Source: Mobula hypostoma (Eukaryota). From it: 64,000 bases of DNA. A program made the position numbers and the translations under genes. This document shows positions 36,664-49,929 of the stretch, piece by piece; position 1 is the stretch's first letter; each line of letters begins with the position of its first letter. The notes beneath the pieces are model-generated. The model was not told the origin of the DNA, searched no databases, and worked only from the letters and a program-made list of their open reading frames with translations. The stretch covers positions 6,636,001 through 6,700,000 of the forward strand of contig NC_086109.1 in NCBI RefSeq assembly GCF_963921235.1, read 5' to 3'.

Positions 36664-39600
36664 CAGTGGTGCTAGAAATTTTGTGAGCCCTGTAGAATTT
36701 TCTCTATTTCTGCATAAATATGACCTAAAGTATTATCAGATCTTCATGTAAGTCCTAAAACTAGATAAAGAGAATCAAATTAAATAAATAACACAAAAAC
36801 ATACTTGTTTATTAATCAATGATAATTAGATGTATTGATGTATGTCTATTTAATATTTATGACATAGAACATAATACAGCACAGGGACAGGCCATTCAGC
36901 CTACAGTGTGGTGCTGAACCAGCTAAAAAGCAAATCAAAAACATCCAAACGCCAATCCCCCACCTACACCATGTCCTTATCCCTCCATCCTTGTTATAAC
37001 CATGTGCCTATCCAAACGTCTCTTGAAAGCCTCTAACGTATTTTCCTCTACCATCATACCAGGGAGTGCATTCCAGGCATCCATGACGCTCAGAGTTAAA
37101 AAACTTGCCCCTCATATTCCCCTTGAACCTACCCCATCTCACCTTCATCGCATGAGATTTCAACCCTGGGAAACCAGACGCTCTCTATTCACTCTATCTA
37201 TGCCTGACATAATCTTATAAACCTCTATCAGATCTCCCCTCAGCCTCCGATGCTCTAGAGAAAACAACCCAAGTTTATCCAGCCTCTTGTGATAGCACGT
37301 GCCCTCTAAACCAGGCAGCACCCTGGTGAACCTCTTCTGCACCCTCTCCTAAGCCTCAACATCCTTCCAATAGTGGGGAGAGCAGAACTGTACGCGGTGG
37401 GAAATAGTGAATGCCATGAATATTATAGCATATTCCAATATTGCATGTATTTGTTGGAAAAAATATGTGAACCTCCAGGGTAATGCCTTCTACAAAAGCT
37501 ATTTGGAGTCAGGTGTTCCAATTAATGAGACGATTTTGGAGCTGTGGGTTGTAAAGGTTCCCTGTCCTATAAAAAAGACACACAAAGTCAGGTTGCTGAC
37601 AGAACCTGCTGTTCGCAAGAAAGATCTGTTTATGTGCACCATGCCTCTATTGAAACAACTTTCAGAGGACCTTAGAAGAAGGATTATAAAGATGCAGGAA
37701 GCTGGAAGAAGCTACAAAAGCATTTCTAAAGTCCTGAGTCTTCAGTCCACAGAAAGAGAAATTGTTTACAAATGGAGGAAACTCAGTACTATTGTTACAC
37801 TCTGTAGGAGTGGGCAGCCTGCAAAGATCACACCAAGAGCACTGTAGTGTTCTCGTGCAGTGTGTTGAAACTCTGACTAAACCCCAAGTTAAACCGGAGC
37901 CAATGAAGACAGAGTTGTAGTAAGGTTAACCATTTGCTGTTCACTCTTCCACATTAACATCGTATGGTGAAAACTGTTGATAAACAAATACAAACATATA
38001 CAGAGTCTATTTCATTCTGGAGACCACGCGCGCTCTCTTCTTTTAGCGAGTGTCTCCAGCCGCCCAGAGTAGCAGGCGGGGGGTGGGGGGGGGTCATGTC
38101 AAACTGCTGCCGGGCCCGAGCCAACCCCGCGTTTGAATAATTGAAAAGCCAGCACGCGCGCTGCCCCAGCCGCCACTTCCTTAACAGAAACCGTGTTAAT
38201 ATTTTTACTTCAGATGCATTCTTATGAATTTACGGCGTTACTTCTATAATGTTTCTTTGTGGGTAGAAACGGAGCTCTTCACGATCATGCTGCACGCCTG
38301 GCACCTGCCCTCACACTTTCCCGAACCAAGACGCGGTGAAACCGGAGGTGACGTCATCGCATGCCATGATATACCATAGACATTGAACTTAACTTTGTTA
38401 AACTATAACATAGTTATCAACCTTTAACTTTAACTAGAATATAGTCACAAACAAATCATTTAAAACATAGACCCAACAAAATCAAATAAATGCCTTTAAG
38501 GCAAGCACAATGTGCAAAGCTGGAGGAGATGAGAAAGAACCCAAGGGTAACTGCAAAAGACCTGCAGAAATCTCTAGAACTTGTTAAAGTCTCTGTTCAT
38601 GTGTCCACTATAAGAAAAACACTGAACAAGAATGGTGTTCATGGAAGGAAACGCTGTTCTCCAAAAAAAAATGCTCCACGTCTTGAGTTTTCAAAAGGCC
38701 ACCTGGATATTCTATAACACTTTTGGGACAATGTTCTGTGGGAAAATGAGACTGAAACATAGAAACATAGAAAACTTACAGCACAATACAGGCCCTTCGG
38801 CCCACAAAGCTATGCCGAGCATGTGTGTACCTTAGAAATTACCTAGGTTACCAATAGCTGTCTATTTTTCTGAGTTCCATGTACCTATCCAGGAGTCTCT
38901 TAAAAGACCCTATCATATCCGCCTCCACCACCGTCACCGTCCATTCCACGCACTCACCATTCTCTGCGTAAAAAAGAAAATTACCTCTGACATATCCTCT
39001 GTACCTTCTTCCAAGCACCTTAAAACTGTGCCCTCTCATGCTAGCCATCTTTTTGGCAGAAATACACATTCTTATGTTTGGAGGAAAAGGGGCACTGCAC
39101 ACCAACACCAACACCAAAACCTCATCACAACTGTGAAGCATGGTGTCTTGGGGCTCCTTTGCTGTTTCAGGGCCCGGACAGCTTGCAGTCGTTGGGGCAA
39201 TGAATTCAAAAGTGTATCAAGACATTTTACAGGAGAAAGTCGGTAGCAGATAGTCACCTGAAGCTTAATAGAAGTTGGATAATGCAACAAGACAATGATC
39301 CGAAAGACCAGAGTAAATCAACAACAGAATGGCTTAAAAAGAAGAAAATTTGTGTTTTGGAATGGCTAAGTCAAAGTCTTGACCTTAATCTTATAGAAAT
39401 GTTGTGGAAGGGCACCCACCAACATCCCAGAGTTGAAGCAGTTTTCTCAGGTGGAATGACCTTAAGTTCCTGCAAGCTGATGTGCAGGACTGATTAACAG
39501 TTATTGGAAATGTTTGGTTGAAGCTATTGCTGTACAGGGGTGGGAGGCATAACACCAGTTACTGAAAGCAAAGGTTCACATACTTTTCCCAACAAATGCA

Positions 39601-39772
39601 TGTACAGTAATATTGGATAATTTTTCTCAATAAATGAGCAAGTATAATGTTTTGCGTTATTTATTTAATTGGGTTCTCTTTATCTAGTTTAGGACGCATG
39701 AAGATCTGATCACATTTTAGGTCATATTTATGCAGAAATAGAGACAATTCTACAGGGTTCACAATACCACTG
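36664..39772 (+). mobile_element. Tc1-like transposon with long TIRs, interrupted by three insertions
   Basis: TA-CAGTGG...CCACTG-TA; ~150-200-bp inverted ends; transposase pieces LSEDLRRRII, SGQPAKIT, KNPRVTAKDLQ, QQDNDPK and [13 protein letters not shown]. Confidence 0.88.
37843..38503. mobile_element. 661-bp insertion in the Tc1 transposase, solo-LTR-like or composite
   Basis: TG...CA termini with 5-bp direct repeat AGCAC (37838-37842 and 38504-38508); CpG-rich interior. Confidence 0.55.
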
Positions 39773-40719
39773 TACCTGCGATAAGTGAATCTGAATCAAG
39801 CCACAGATGTTAATGTATTTGTAGAAATCCCCAGAGCTGAGAGAATATAAAGCAATGCTATGAAATTTAAAAAAAAAACATTCATCTGGAGATTCTGCAA
39901 ATAAACTTTTTTTTAAGAAATGAGAGTCTGCTTATCCCATCCACCCCAATTGTGCTTTTAGATTAATAGCACAATTTTTCTGTTGATTCACATAGTCCTG
40001 CAGGTTTAAATGTGGTGGGAGTTTCTCTCTGTATGACTCTTTCAAGTTCATGTTTATTGCTATCTGAGTGTACAAATATAAAACCAAACGAAACAGCATT
40101 CCTGTGGACCATGGACCACAATACCTAAATCACACACAACACACAAAAAGAAAATATTACCACAAAATATCAAGCGGTGATTTACAAATCTCCATTCTTT
40201 TTCTCTTTATCTTTCTACAGCTAAGTTAAATAGTTCCTTTAGATATTGAATTCTCTTTAAGGGAAATGAGTATGTAACTGTTTACACCATGATAACTAAG
40301 CCTCCCTTGGAAGACAGCAGCCCCAGTTAGGGTAGTCTCTCCCTATAATTGTAATTTGGCCCTAAAATCAAATCTCTTCTGCACTCTGTTCAGTGGCATT
40401 GTACCTTTCCAGTAGCATAGTGACCAGAACTGCATCCCCATGAAGTACATGCTTTCTAAACCAGGCAGCATGCTGCTGAACCTCTCCAAAGCCTCAACGT
40501 CATTGCAATAGTGGGGAATATTAAATGCCATGTCATATTTATCACTGGTGACATCACTGGATGACACGGTGGAACGGAGCAGAGCTTTGTATAAAAACAG
40601 CGATGGTGTTGAAACAATGGGTGGCCCTTCTAAGATAGAACATTCCAAACATGGGCATGTTATTCAGTTGTTTGCTGAGAAAATGCGGTGTTCACCATTG
40701 TACCTTTTGTTCCCCACAG

Positions 40720-40968
40720 CCAGAAAATGAAAATCAGAACCAGATGGATCTCTATGATGATTTAATTGATGATATAATAGGCGTACCTTTAGACAATGGG
40801 TTCAACCCTAAAAAGGACAGTTGTAATCTGCCAGAGTGCTCATCAAGTGATGCAATTGCTTCAACGACTGAAGCTCCAGCTACCACAACTCCATCCAAAC
40901 CTTCCGTTCCGGGTAAGGTTGCTGTTCCACTTCTTGAGAGGAGTCTGCTGATTGGCAATCTGACATGG
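40720..40968 (+). CDS. CPSF6-like: CPSF6/7-like exon 2 (PENENQNQMDLYDDL...SLLIGNLTW)
   Basis: 249 nt, phase 0-0, CAG acceptor and GTGAGT donor; QMDLYDD and IGNLTW match CPSF6 motifs QIDLYDD and IGNLTW. Confidence 0.92.
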
Positions 40969-41000
40969 GTGAGTATGTTTACAGTGTGATATATCTATAT

Positions 41001-41659
41001 CTTTTGCGTCGGTGATGGTGCAACTAATTTTTGGTCGTCCCGAACCTGGGTTCATCCGACACCTAAACCGTGCGCCTGTGTAGGTCAAAGCCAGCGCGAT
41101 GCCTCCTGAATTCGACCCTAACGAATTTAAGATTGTGTACCTCAGATGTACGGGAGGTGAAGTTGGTGCAGCTTCTGCTTTGGCTCCCAAGGTTGGTCCA
41201 TTGGGTCTGTCTCCCAAGAAAGTGGGTGATGACATTGCCAAGGCTACAGGTGACTGGAAAGGCCTTCGTATCACAATCCAGCTGACCATCCAGAACTGAC
41301 AGGCACGGATTCAGGTTGTCCCATCAGCTTCTGTCCTAATCATCAAAGCTCTGAAGGAACCTCCCAGGGACAGAAAGAAGCAAAAGAATATTAAACACAC
41401 TGGAAGCATCACCTTTGATGAGGTAGTTAATATTGCCCGGCAGATGAGCCATCATTCTCTAGCCGGAGACCTTTCAGGAACTGTGAAGGAAATCCTCGGA
41501 ACTGCTCAGTCCATCGGTTGCAACATAGATGGCAAACATCCTCACAGTGCCATTGATGACATCAATGAAGGCAGGATTGAGTGTCCTACTGAATGAAGAG
41601 AAAGTGCCAGGTATCAGGATCCCAGCAAAGTAAAATAAAATCTTTTGAGATAAAAAAAA
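41001..41659 (+). pseudogene. RPL12: Processed pseudogene of 60S ribosomal protein L12 (CDS 41099-41596)
   Basis: Intronless [24 protein letters not shown]...IECPTE with an in-frame TGA at 41297-41299; pyrimidine start at the 5' UTR; AATAAA at 41634; short poly(A). Confidence 0.95.
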
Positions 41660-41707
41660 TCTGTACATATGAGGTGAGGTATTATATAACGATGTAACAT
41701 TAAACAT

Positions 41708-41852
41708 CACACATCAAAGTTGCTGGTGAACACAGCAGACCAGGCAGCATCTCTAGGAAGAGGTTCAGTCGACGTTTCGGGCCGGGTTCCTTCGTCAGAA
41801 ACTTTGATATGCATTGCTTGAATTTCCAGCATCTGCAGAATTCCTTGTGTTG
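41708..41852. mobile_element. Short inverted Penelope-derived insertion with hammerhead core
   Basis: 11-bp TSD ACATTAAACAT/ACGTTAAACAT; minus-strand CTGACGA...GAAACGTC at 41766-41798. Confidence 0.75.
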
Positions 41853-44099
41853 ACGTTAAACATGCCTGGCACAGTGAACTGCTGATGTGATGTCAGTCTA
41901 TCAGCTTATTGGCCAACTATGCTTAGTGAGGAAACTAGGTATGAATTATTATGGCTTGGTGTTTACCTCAATGTAGTGCCGTCGATAGATAGAAGCTTAA
42001 GAATGGGCTACTCTGGAAACAATTTATAAATTGTTTTATTATTACATGTATCAAGGTACAGTGAAAAACTTTTCCACAAGATTCATGTAGATAATTTCAT
42101 TACAACAGTGCATTGAGATAGTACAAGATATAACAATAACAGTGTGGAATACAGCATTGTAGTTGTAGAGAAAGTGCACTATAGACAGTAAGGTGCAAGG
42201 TCATAACACGGTCGGTTGTGCAGTGAAGAGTCCATTTTATTGTACAATGGGACAATTCAACAGTCAGAGCAGTGCAATAGATGCTGTTCTTGAGCTTTCA
42301 GGCTTTTGTATTTTTTGTCCAATGCAGGGGTGAGAAAAGAAAATGTCCAGGATGGGTGGGGGTCTTTGATTGCGCTCACTGTTTTACCAAGGTACCAAGA
42401 AGTGCTTACAGAGTCCATGGAGGGGAGGCTGGTTTCCATGATGTGCTGAGCTGTGTCCACAGCTCTCTGCACTGTCTATCTGTTAAAACATTTGGGAGAC
42501 CTGAAACAGTTAAGAATTTAGGCCACATTAATATTTTCTTGGTAAGTTGGTGGCAGCAATGGACTGCACATAGTTGCTTTAATTGGGAGTAAAATTGTGA
42601 TAATGTCAATTTGGTCGTTATTTGCAAGGACTACAAACTATGTGTTTTAGCTCTTTTTTATGGTAGTGTGTTTGGGATGGGACTAACAGCAGCTGGAGTT
42701 GTAGTGTAAGGGAATAGGGCAGTCGCTGTGCTGTGTGGTCAGTGACGTTTTGATGGTCAGTGTGGTTTGTTGTGTACTGTTCAGCTAGGTCTTTACTATA
42801 AAGTAACAAACTACAACAAATTCAAGCTGGATCACATTATTAGTGCACTTATTATTTTACTTGCAAGGGAAGTTTATTTTCTAGCCAAGTATCATCTGGA
42901 AAATAGCTTTGATCTTATGTTTCAACCAAAGGACTTTTATAATTTTTTTCCACAACAGAAAACAATATTAGGGTTACTCCATCCAGTAACATTCCGCTGT
43001 TATCTTTATCCTTATCTGATTCTCACATTTGTTCTTTAGAAGCTCTATCCTATTTCCTTCTGTTGTCAAAACATCCCACCGTCCCAGCCATAAAACAAAT
43101 CTGTCAAAAAGCAGCTTCCTATCTTAAAACACACAGAGACTTGGTAAGCTTCCTATCTAAACCAGCAAAGCACGTTGGATTTTGTAGGTTCCATGTTGTT
43201 CACAGTAAGACTGTAAGACATAGGAACAGACTGCTCCGCCATTCCATCATGGCTGAACCCTGATCTCTCTCAACCCCTTATGCCTGCTTTCTTGCCATGT
43301 CCTTTGGTGTCCTGACCGATCAGGAAACTACCAACTTCCACCTTGAATATACATACTGACTTATCCTCCGCTATAATCTGTGGCAGAGCATTCCACAGTC
43401 ACTACTCTGTGGCTAAAAAAGAATTCCTCCTTACCTCTGTTGCAAAGGGTCACTCTTTAATTTTGAGGCTGTGCCCTTTAGTTCTGGATTACCCCCACCA
43501 TGGGAAACATCCTCTCCACATCCACCCTATCTAGTCCTTCCAATGTTCGGTAGGTTTCAATGAGATTCCCCCCTCAAAGATGCGAAAAGCTGCTCATATG
43601 TTAACCCCTTTATTTCTGGAATCGTGCTCGTAAACCTCCTCTGGACTCTTTCCAATGACAGCACATCTCTGAGATAGGGGACCCAGAACTGTTGACAATA
43701 CTCCGTGTGTCCTGACTAGTGTCTTATATAGGCTCAGCATTATCTCCTTCCTTTTATATTCTAAAAGCATTTTACAAAAGTTACAAATTCATAAAGACTT
43801 CAGGGATACAGATCTAGTTCCACACTAGTGTACTGGTGTATTAGGATGCAGTAGAAAGCTTGTCTTGCATACTGTTACAGATCAAACCGTCACAAAGTGC
43901 ATTGAGGTAGAACAAGATAAAACAATAACAATGCAGAATAAAGTGTAGAAGCTACAGAGAAAGTGCAAGATCATAACGAGGTAGATTGTGAGGTCAAGAG
44001 CCCACCTTATTGAACAAAAATACATGCAGGAGTTTGATAACAGCGGGATAGAAACTGTCCTTGAGCTTGGTGATACATGTCCGATGGGATGGGGGAAGA

Positions 44100-44440
44100 A
44101 GTGAGAATGGAGAAGAAATGTGATTTAAGTGACTTTGACCTTGGAATGAATGTTGGTGCCAGACAGGGTGGTTTGAGTATCTCAGAAACTGCTGATCTCC
44201 TGGGATTTTCATGCTCAACAGTCTCTAAGAGTTTACAGAGAATGTGTGTGAAAAACAAAGGAAAACATCCAGTGAGTGGCAGTTCTGTGGGCGAAAATGC
44301 CTTGTTAATGAGAGAGGTTAGAGGAGAATGGCCAGACTGTTTCAAGCTGATGGGAAGGCAGCAATGCATTGCAGCAAACAACCATGTGGTGTGCAGAAAA
44401 GCATCTCTGAAAGCACATTTTGAGCCTTGAAGTGGCTGGG
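44100..44440 (+). mobile_element. Tc1-like transposase 5' fragment (related copy about 45915-46220)
   Basis: KCDLSDFDLGMNVGARQGGLSISETADLLGFS HTH motif. Confidence 0.7.
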
Positions 44441-46553
44441 CCAGAGCAGCAGATGAGCATGAACGTGCACTTTATTTGCCCTTCCAAAGTGTATAACACC
44501 TGTGCTGCATTCTTTCTGCCACCTCTTTTCCCATTCTCTTAACTTGTCCAAGTCCTACTGCAGAATCCATGCCTCTGGAACAATACATACCCCTCCACTA
44601 TTCTTGCATGGTCTTAGAGCTTGGCCACATAGCAGTCAGTTCCTTCACCGAAATTATTAACGTATAAAGTGAAAACTTGTCCCAACACTGACCCCTGCAG
44701 AACTGCAGTAGTCACCAGGGGTCTGAGAAGAGCCCCTTTATCCCTACTGTCTGCCTTCTGCCAATCTTCTATCCTTAGAAAGGGCTTGAGTATGAATGGA
44801 AGTCGAGGGCGAGAAAAGGGTGCACAGAAAACTACAGTGGATTCCGGTTAATTGGCACTCATTGAAACCAGTATATTTTGGTCCAATTAAGTGGCTGCTC
44901 TAATTAGCTGGTGTCATGGAAATAGTTAAAAGGTATAAAAAGACAAACTGCTGTTTAACTGAGTAACAAATTATGTATTTAAATGAAATACAGAACAATT
45001 TAAAACATTACAAAAGGTACTTATCAATATGATTGTTCTTGGCAAATTTTTCTACAAAAGTGGTTTGCCATTGCTGCCTTCTGGGCAGTGTCTTGACAAG
45101 ACGGGTGACCCTAGACATTATCAGTACTCTTCAGAGATTGTCTGTCTGGCGCCAATGGTCGCATAACCGGGACTTGTGATTTGCATCAGCTGCTCATACA
45201 ACCATCTTCCGTGGCTTCATGTTACCCTGAACGGGGGCTGAGCAGGTGCTACACCTTGCCGAAGGATGACCTGCTGACTAGCAGAGGGAAGGAGCACCTT
45301 CCACCTTTGGTAGAGAGTATCTCCACCTCGCCATCCAAACTGTGTATTGGTTTCTAGTAGTTATTGATGGCGGAATTCATTTGGTGTATATTGTTATATA
45401 CTTTAGATTGACTGTAAATGAGCAAAATCAGCACAGACACTTAGTGCAGGTAATGGACTGCCTTCATACAATGCTTTTGGCGATTGTATTTTCATTATAG
45501 TGTTCAGAATGATTGTTGATACCTTCAAATTCTTGTAGTTCCTAACTTGTTGAAATAATGAAATCATTTCTTTTCACTCCCGGTTCTGAATGGTCTTGCT
45601 GGTTATTTCTCTCTAACTGTCAGTGACAAAGATCATTGCTTTTTGAACGCAAAACACTGGTGCTATTTTACAAGCTCTTTGCTCAAACACGGTATGGTGT
45701 CTAACGGCCACACAAGTGCTGCAACTGACACTAGTTAGAAACTGTTCGGCAACAGCCTTCTGTCCCTATTTATTTATTTAGCAATCAGTGCGAAGTAGGT
45801 CTCTTCGGGCCACGCTGCCCCAACAATCCCAGACCCTGATTAAGTCTAAACTAATCAGAGGACAATTAAACTACCCCTACATCTTTGCACTGTGGGAGGA
45901 AGCCAGAACATTTCGGGAAGGGCTGATCTGGGATTTTCATGTACAACAGTCTCTAGATTACAGAGAATGGTGTGGAAAAACAAAAAAAAATCAAGTAAAC
46001 AACAGTTCTGTGGGCAAAAATGCCTTGTTAATGAGAATCACCGGACTCATTCAAGCACCAGTACTCAAATAACCATCCGTTTACGACAGTGGTGGGCAGA
46101 AGAGCAACTCTGAATGCACAACATGTCGAATCTTGAAGTGGACAGGCTACAGCAGTAGAAGACCATGAGCATACACTCAGTGGCTACTTTACTAGGTACA
46201 GGAGGTATCGTCACTGAGTGTAAATGGGATGGGCAGGAAAATAATTGAGCATGAGGTTTTTTCTTGTAAGGAGACAGTAACTGGTCATTTGATGTGTCTT
46301 TGTAAGAATGCTAGAAAAGGCATAGAGTGTTTTAAGTGCTTTGACATTTTTGGTATTTGTTTTGATCTTAAGTCTTTTATCGAACTGGATTTGAAATGCT
46401 AGCCTTAGTAATTTAGAAGAATTTTTGACATGCAGGTTAAGAATATTTGAGCATTAATTAACATAATATTGAGCATGTGTAGTGAAGAATAAAAAGGTTT
46501 AGCAATGAAAACATTTGCTTTGTTCTGATCATGTTTGTATATTTTTTTAACAG

Positions 46554-46657
46554 TGGACATCTGCTGATGACTTAGTAAGTGCCAGTCGTTCTGCTGGAGT
46601 ATTTAATGTTAATAACATCAGAATTTATGAAGTTCCAAAAGGTGGTCAATCAAAAGG
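46554..46657 (+). CDS. CPSF6-like: CPSF6/7-like exon 3 (WTSADDLVSASRSAGVFNVNNIRIYEVPKGGQSKG), RRM
   Basis: 104 nt, phase 0-2, CAG acceptor and GTAAGT donor; WWT and GQSKG motifs of the CFIm68/59 RRM. Confidence 0.93.
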
Positions 46658-47729
46658 GTAAGTGAGAAGTTATGTAAAAACTTCTGTGATAAATTTTGTA
46701 TGTTTACTTTGAGATCGATTCCATTGCAGACAAATACTTAAATCAATAAAATCATCACTGTGTCACAATTATTGGCATATGTGAAACTGCAGACTCATTC
46801 CTTTAAGTGATAATTGTCATTGGGATGTTTCCAATCCACTTAATTCAACCACACCCTGGCCATCTCTCTTTTCCCCTCTTCCAGTGGACAGAAGATATAA
46901 AAGCCTGAAAGCGCGTACCACCGAGGCTCCAAGACAGCTTCTATCCAGTACAATAAGATGGACACTTGACCTCATAATCGTTATGATCTGGTGCCTTTTT
47001 GTTTCCCTACATTGGACTTTCGCTATAGCTGTTACATTTTAATCTGCACCTGTTATTTTACCTTGTCCTACTTCAATGCATAGTGGATTGATTTTGATTT
47101 TTCCCTTCGGAGATGAACACAAAAAATCACTATTCTCCAGCACTATCTTTCTTTAATCTGACACATCATCTTAGGAACAGCTTCTTCCCCTCCACCATCA
47201 GATTTCTGAGTGGTCCATGAACCTATGAACACTACTTCGCTTCTGTTCAGCTCAAACCCTCTCACTTCATTTGTCTCTTGGATTACTTGTTTTATCTTCA
47301 TACCCCAGCTGTGCAAAGGGAAGCTCTGCTCTCCAAAGACCTTCCTTGCCTGGGCTATTTGCAATCTATCCTTGCCTGCCCATTATGTTAACCCTTGCCT
47401 TACTGCAGTTTCCACACTGTTACCTAATTGGCTTCCAGCGCTGCAGTTACCTCTGGAGCTTTAATGAATTCATAATTGACTCACAATTACTTCTCTGAAG
47501 GAGTTTGAAGGGAAGCTACAAAAAAAAATAGGAAGACTAGATTTTAGGGAAGAGACCATAAGACAAAGGGGCAGAATTAGGCCAGCTGCCTGTCGGGTTT
47601 GCTCCTAGGTGTGAGTTCATAACGGGGCTGAATATGTATCTCTAAGTGGTGGGACCGAGAGGGAGCATGCAATGCCATTAAAAACTAGGGATGGAGAAAC
47701 AGCAGATGGAGAATGAACAATAAAAATGA

Positions 47730-48200
47730 AACACGAGTAAGTCTGCAGATGCTAAATCCACAGCAATACACACAAAATGCTGGACGAACTCAGCAGGTCA
47801 GGCAGCATCTATGGAAGTGAATAAACAGTTGACGTTTTGGGGTGAGACCGTTCATCAGGACTGAGGAGGCAGGGGAAAAATGCCAAAATAAAAAGGTGGA
47901 GGGGAGAGGGGAAGGAGGCTAGCTGGAAGGTGATAGGTGAAGCCAGGAGGGTGGGAAAGGTCAAGGGCTGGAGAAGAAAGAATCTGTTCGGAGAGGAGAG
48001 TGGCTGATAGGAGAAAAGGAGGAGGAGGGAACCCGGGGGAGGTGGGAAGAAGTGGGATGGAGTGCGGAATGGGGGGGTGGGGGTGGGAGAGGAGATTTGT
48101 TTAGCGGAAAGAGAAATCTATATTCACGCCATCAGGTTGGAGGATACCCAAACGGAATATCGCGTGTTGCTCCTCCACACTTAGGGTGGCCTCATCATGA
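47730..48200 (-). mobile_element. Penelope-like element 3' end with decayed hammerhead motif
   Basis: Same tail and EEQH..FRLG.LQP remnant as 33580-34160. Confidence 0.78.
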
Positions 48201-48323
48201 CACAAGAATGAAAACTAAATTTCATATCCTCCTTGCATGAAACATGGGTCTGCTTATAAAATAGTGGTGTATTATTGTATTTGGATAATAAAAGAAAAAT
48301 AATCAATTGGTTTTTGTTTCTAG

Positions 48324-48469
48324 ATTTGCTAAAGTGGATCTGAGTTCTGATTGGGACAGTTACAGATTGTTGGAAATGATCCCAAAGAGAAAAATTCATG
48401 GGAAGATTCCTGATGTACGGCCCTTTACCACAGCAAATCGCCAGTATTTTGAAACGCAGTTCATACGTG
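48324..48469 (+). CDS. CPSF6-like: CPSF6/7-like exon 4 (FAKVDLSSDWDSYRLLEMIPKRKIHGKIPDVRPFTTANRQYFETQFIR), RRM
   Basis: 146 nt, phase 2-1, TAG acceptor and GTAAGT donor; PKR..HG..P.V.P...FE.Q matches the C-terminal half of the CPSF6/7 RRM. Confidence 0.93.
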
Positions 48470-48589
48470 GTAAGTTCAGAAATTACTTTTTAGTTATTTC
48501 GTGAGAATAGAGGATTTTATTCCATAATAATATTAGTCTTACTGTTGTATATACACTTAAATCTGCTGAACGCTGAGGATGTGCTCCTT

Positions 48590-49890
48590 TGGGGTGGAGC
48601 ACTATGTAAATCAGCGTGATGCGAGGTCATGATAACATTGTGTAAATGGTCATGTGTGCCTGATTTAAAAAAAATCAAACCCAAGATATGTTATATTATT
48701 TTACGTATCCACAGTAATTCTTGGAGAACCAAACACACAACTAGGCCTAACCTGTCCATCAGTGGAGCAGCAACACATCACAGCAACAGTGGAGGGAAGC
48801 GGGTGATGGTTAGATCCAAGAGGGGGGACCAGGCTGTGGGTCCTTCTCTAACTTTGGCTGCTTCTTCAAGTAGATGTCGAGATTTGACTGCCTTTTCTTA
48901 AGTTTCCTATCATAACGCAGTTCTCAGTAGCAAGAAATCACGTGGAGATCACCTCTCTTTGCCTTATTGCCTCGCTACCAGTCAGGGTCATTATCGATGA
49001 ACTGGTCCATGATTTGTATGATCATGGTGACGCTAGTGCTGAGGAATTTTGTGAGGTTTCTTCCTGGTGTTTCCTCTACTCCATCTGTCTCCTTGGATTC
49101 ACCCAGGGTGCATTGCTGTCCCAGTTTGCAAAGCTCTTCATTATTAAAGCTCTTGCTGTCTGCACTGGCCGCTTCACCAAAGGCGCGTATGCCATGGAGG
49201 TTACTGTGCTGTTTAAATCTATCAAACCAACCTCTGCAGCTGTGAATGTTACTGACATCTTCTTGAATATGATTGAAGATGCTTCTTGCCTTTTCCATTA
49301 TTATCTGCTGGCTTAGGGGCATGTTTTGTTGGATTTGGTTTCCACCCATATATTTAGTTTCTTCTATTTTTTCAAGCAAATATCTCCTTGAACGAGTCAA
49401 ATTCATTGATGATAACTTTAAGGTTGTCGTTTTATCTTGTCTACATTTTTTTTTATTGCTTTAATCATCGGGGTAGCCAATTTCAAAGAGGCACCAATAG
49501 CAACCAGCTTCCAGACACTGTATCACTTGCAGTTTCACATCCATGCTAATGCTCTTCCTAGACATCTTGGATGTTCTACCTTCACTGAAAGTTGCAGGTC
49601 ATTTTCCAGATGTCATGGGTGAAAAAAATGGAATAAATTGGCAAGGGAACAAGAACGTTTACACACATGCGGAGAGGCAGAGTGTGAACTAATACGTGAT
49701 TGGCTGTGAGTGGCGCAGAGTATATGTAAAGCACTCTCAATGGCTGATTAAATGTTTAATGGTGACTGCTCTTGAGAAGTTTTAAGTGTTCTTTAGAATG
49801 AATTTTTGTCATTCAAAATAATTTCAATAAAGAATAACTGCGTTTAACGAATCAGCGCTATGTGGGGTAGTGTTATGCAGGGTTTCATTT
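48590..49890 (-). mobile_element. Degenerate Tigger-like transposon
   Basis: Minus ORF 48975-49406 with PLSQQIIMEKARSIF...RGWFDRFK..SNLH...FGEAASAD. Confidence 0.7.
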
Positions 49891-49929
49891 GTGTGTGTAT
49901 TATATATATATATATACATAATATAAAAT

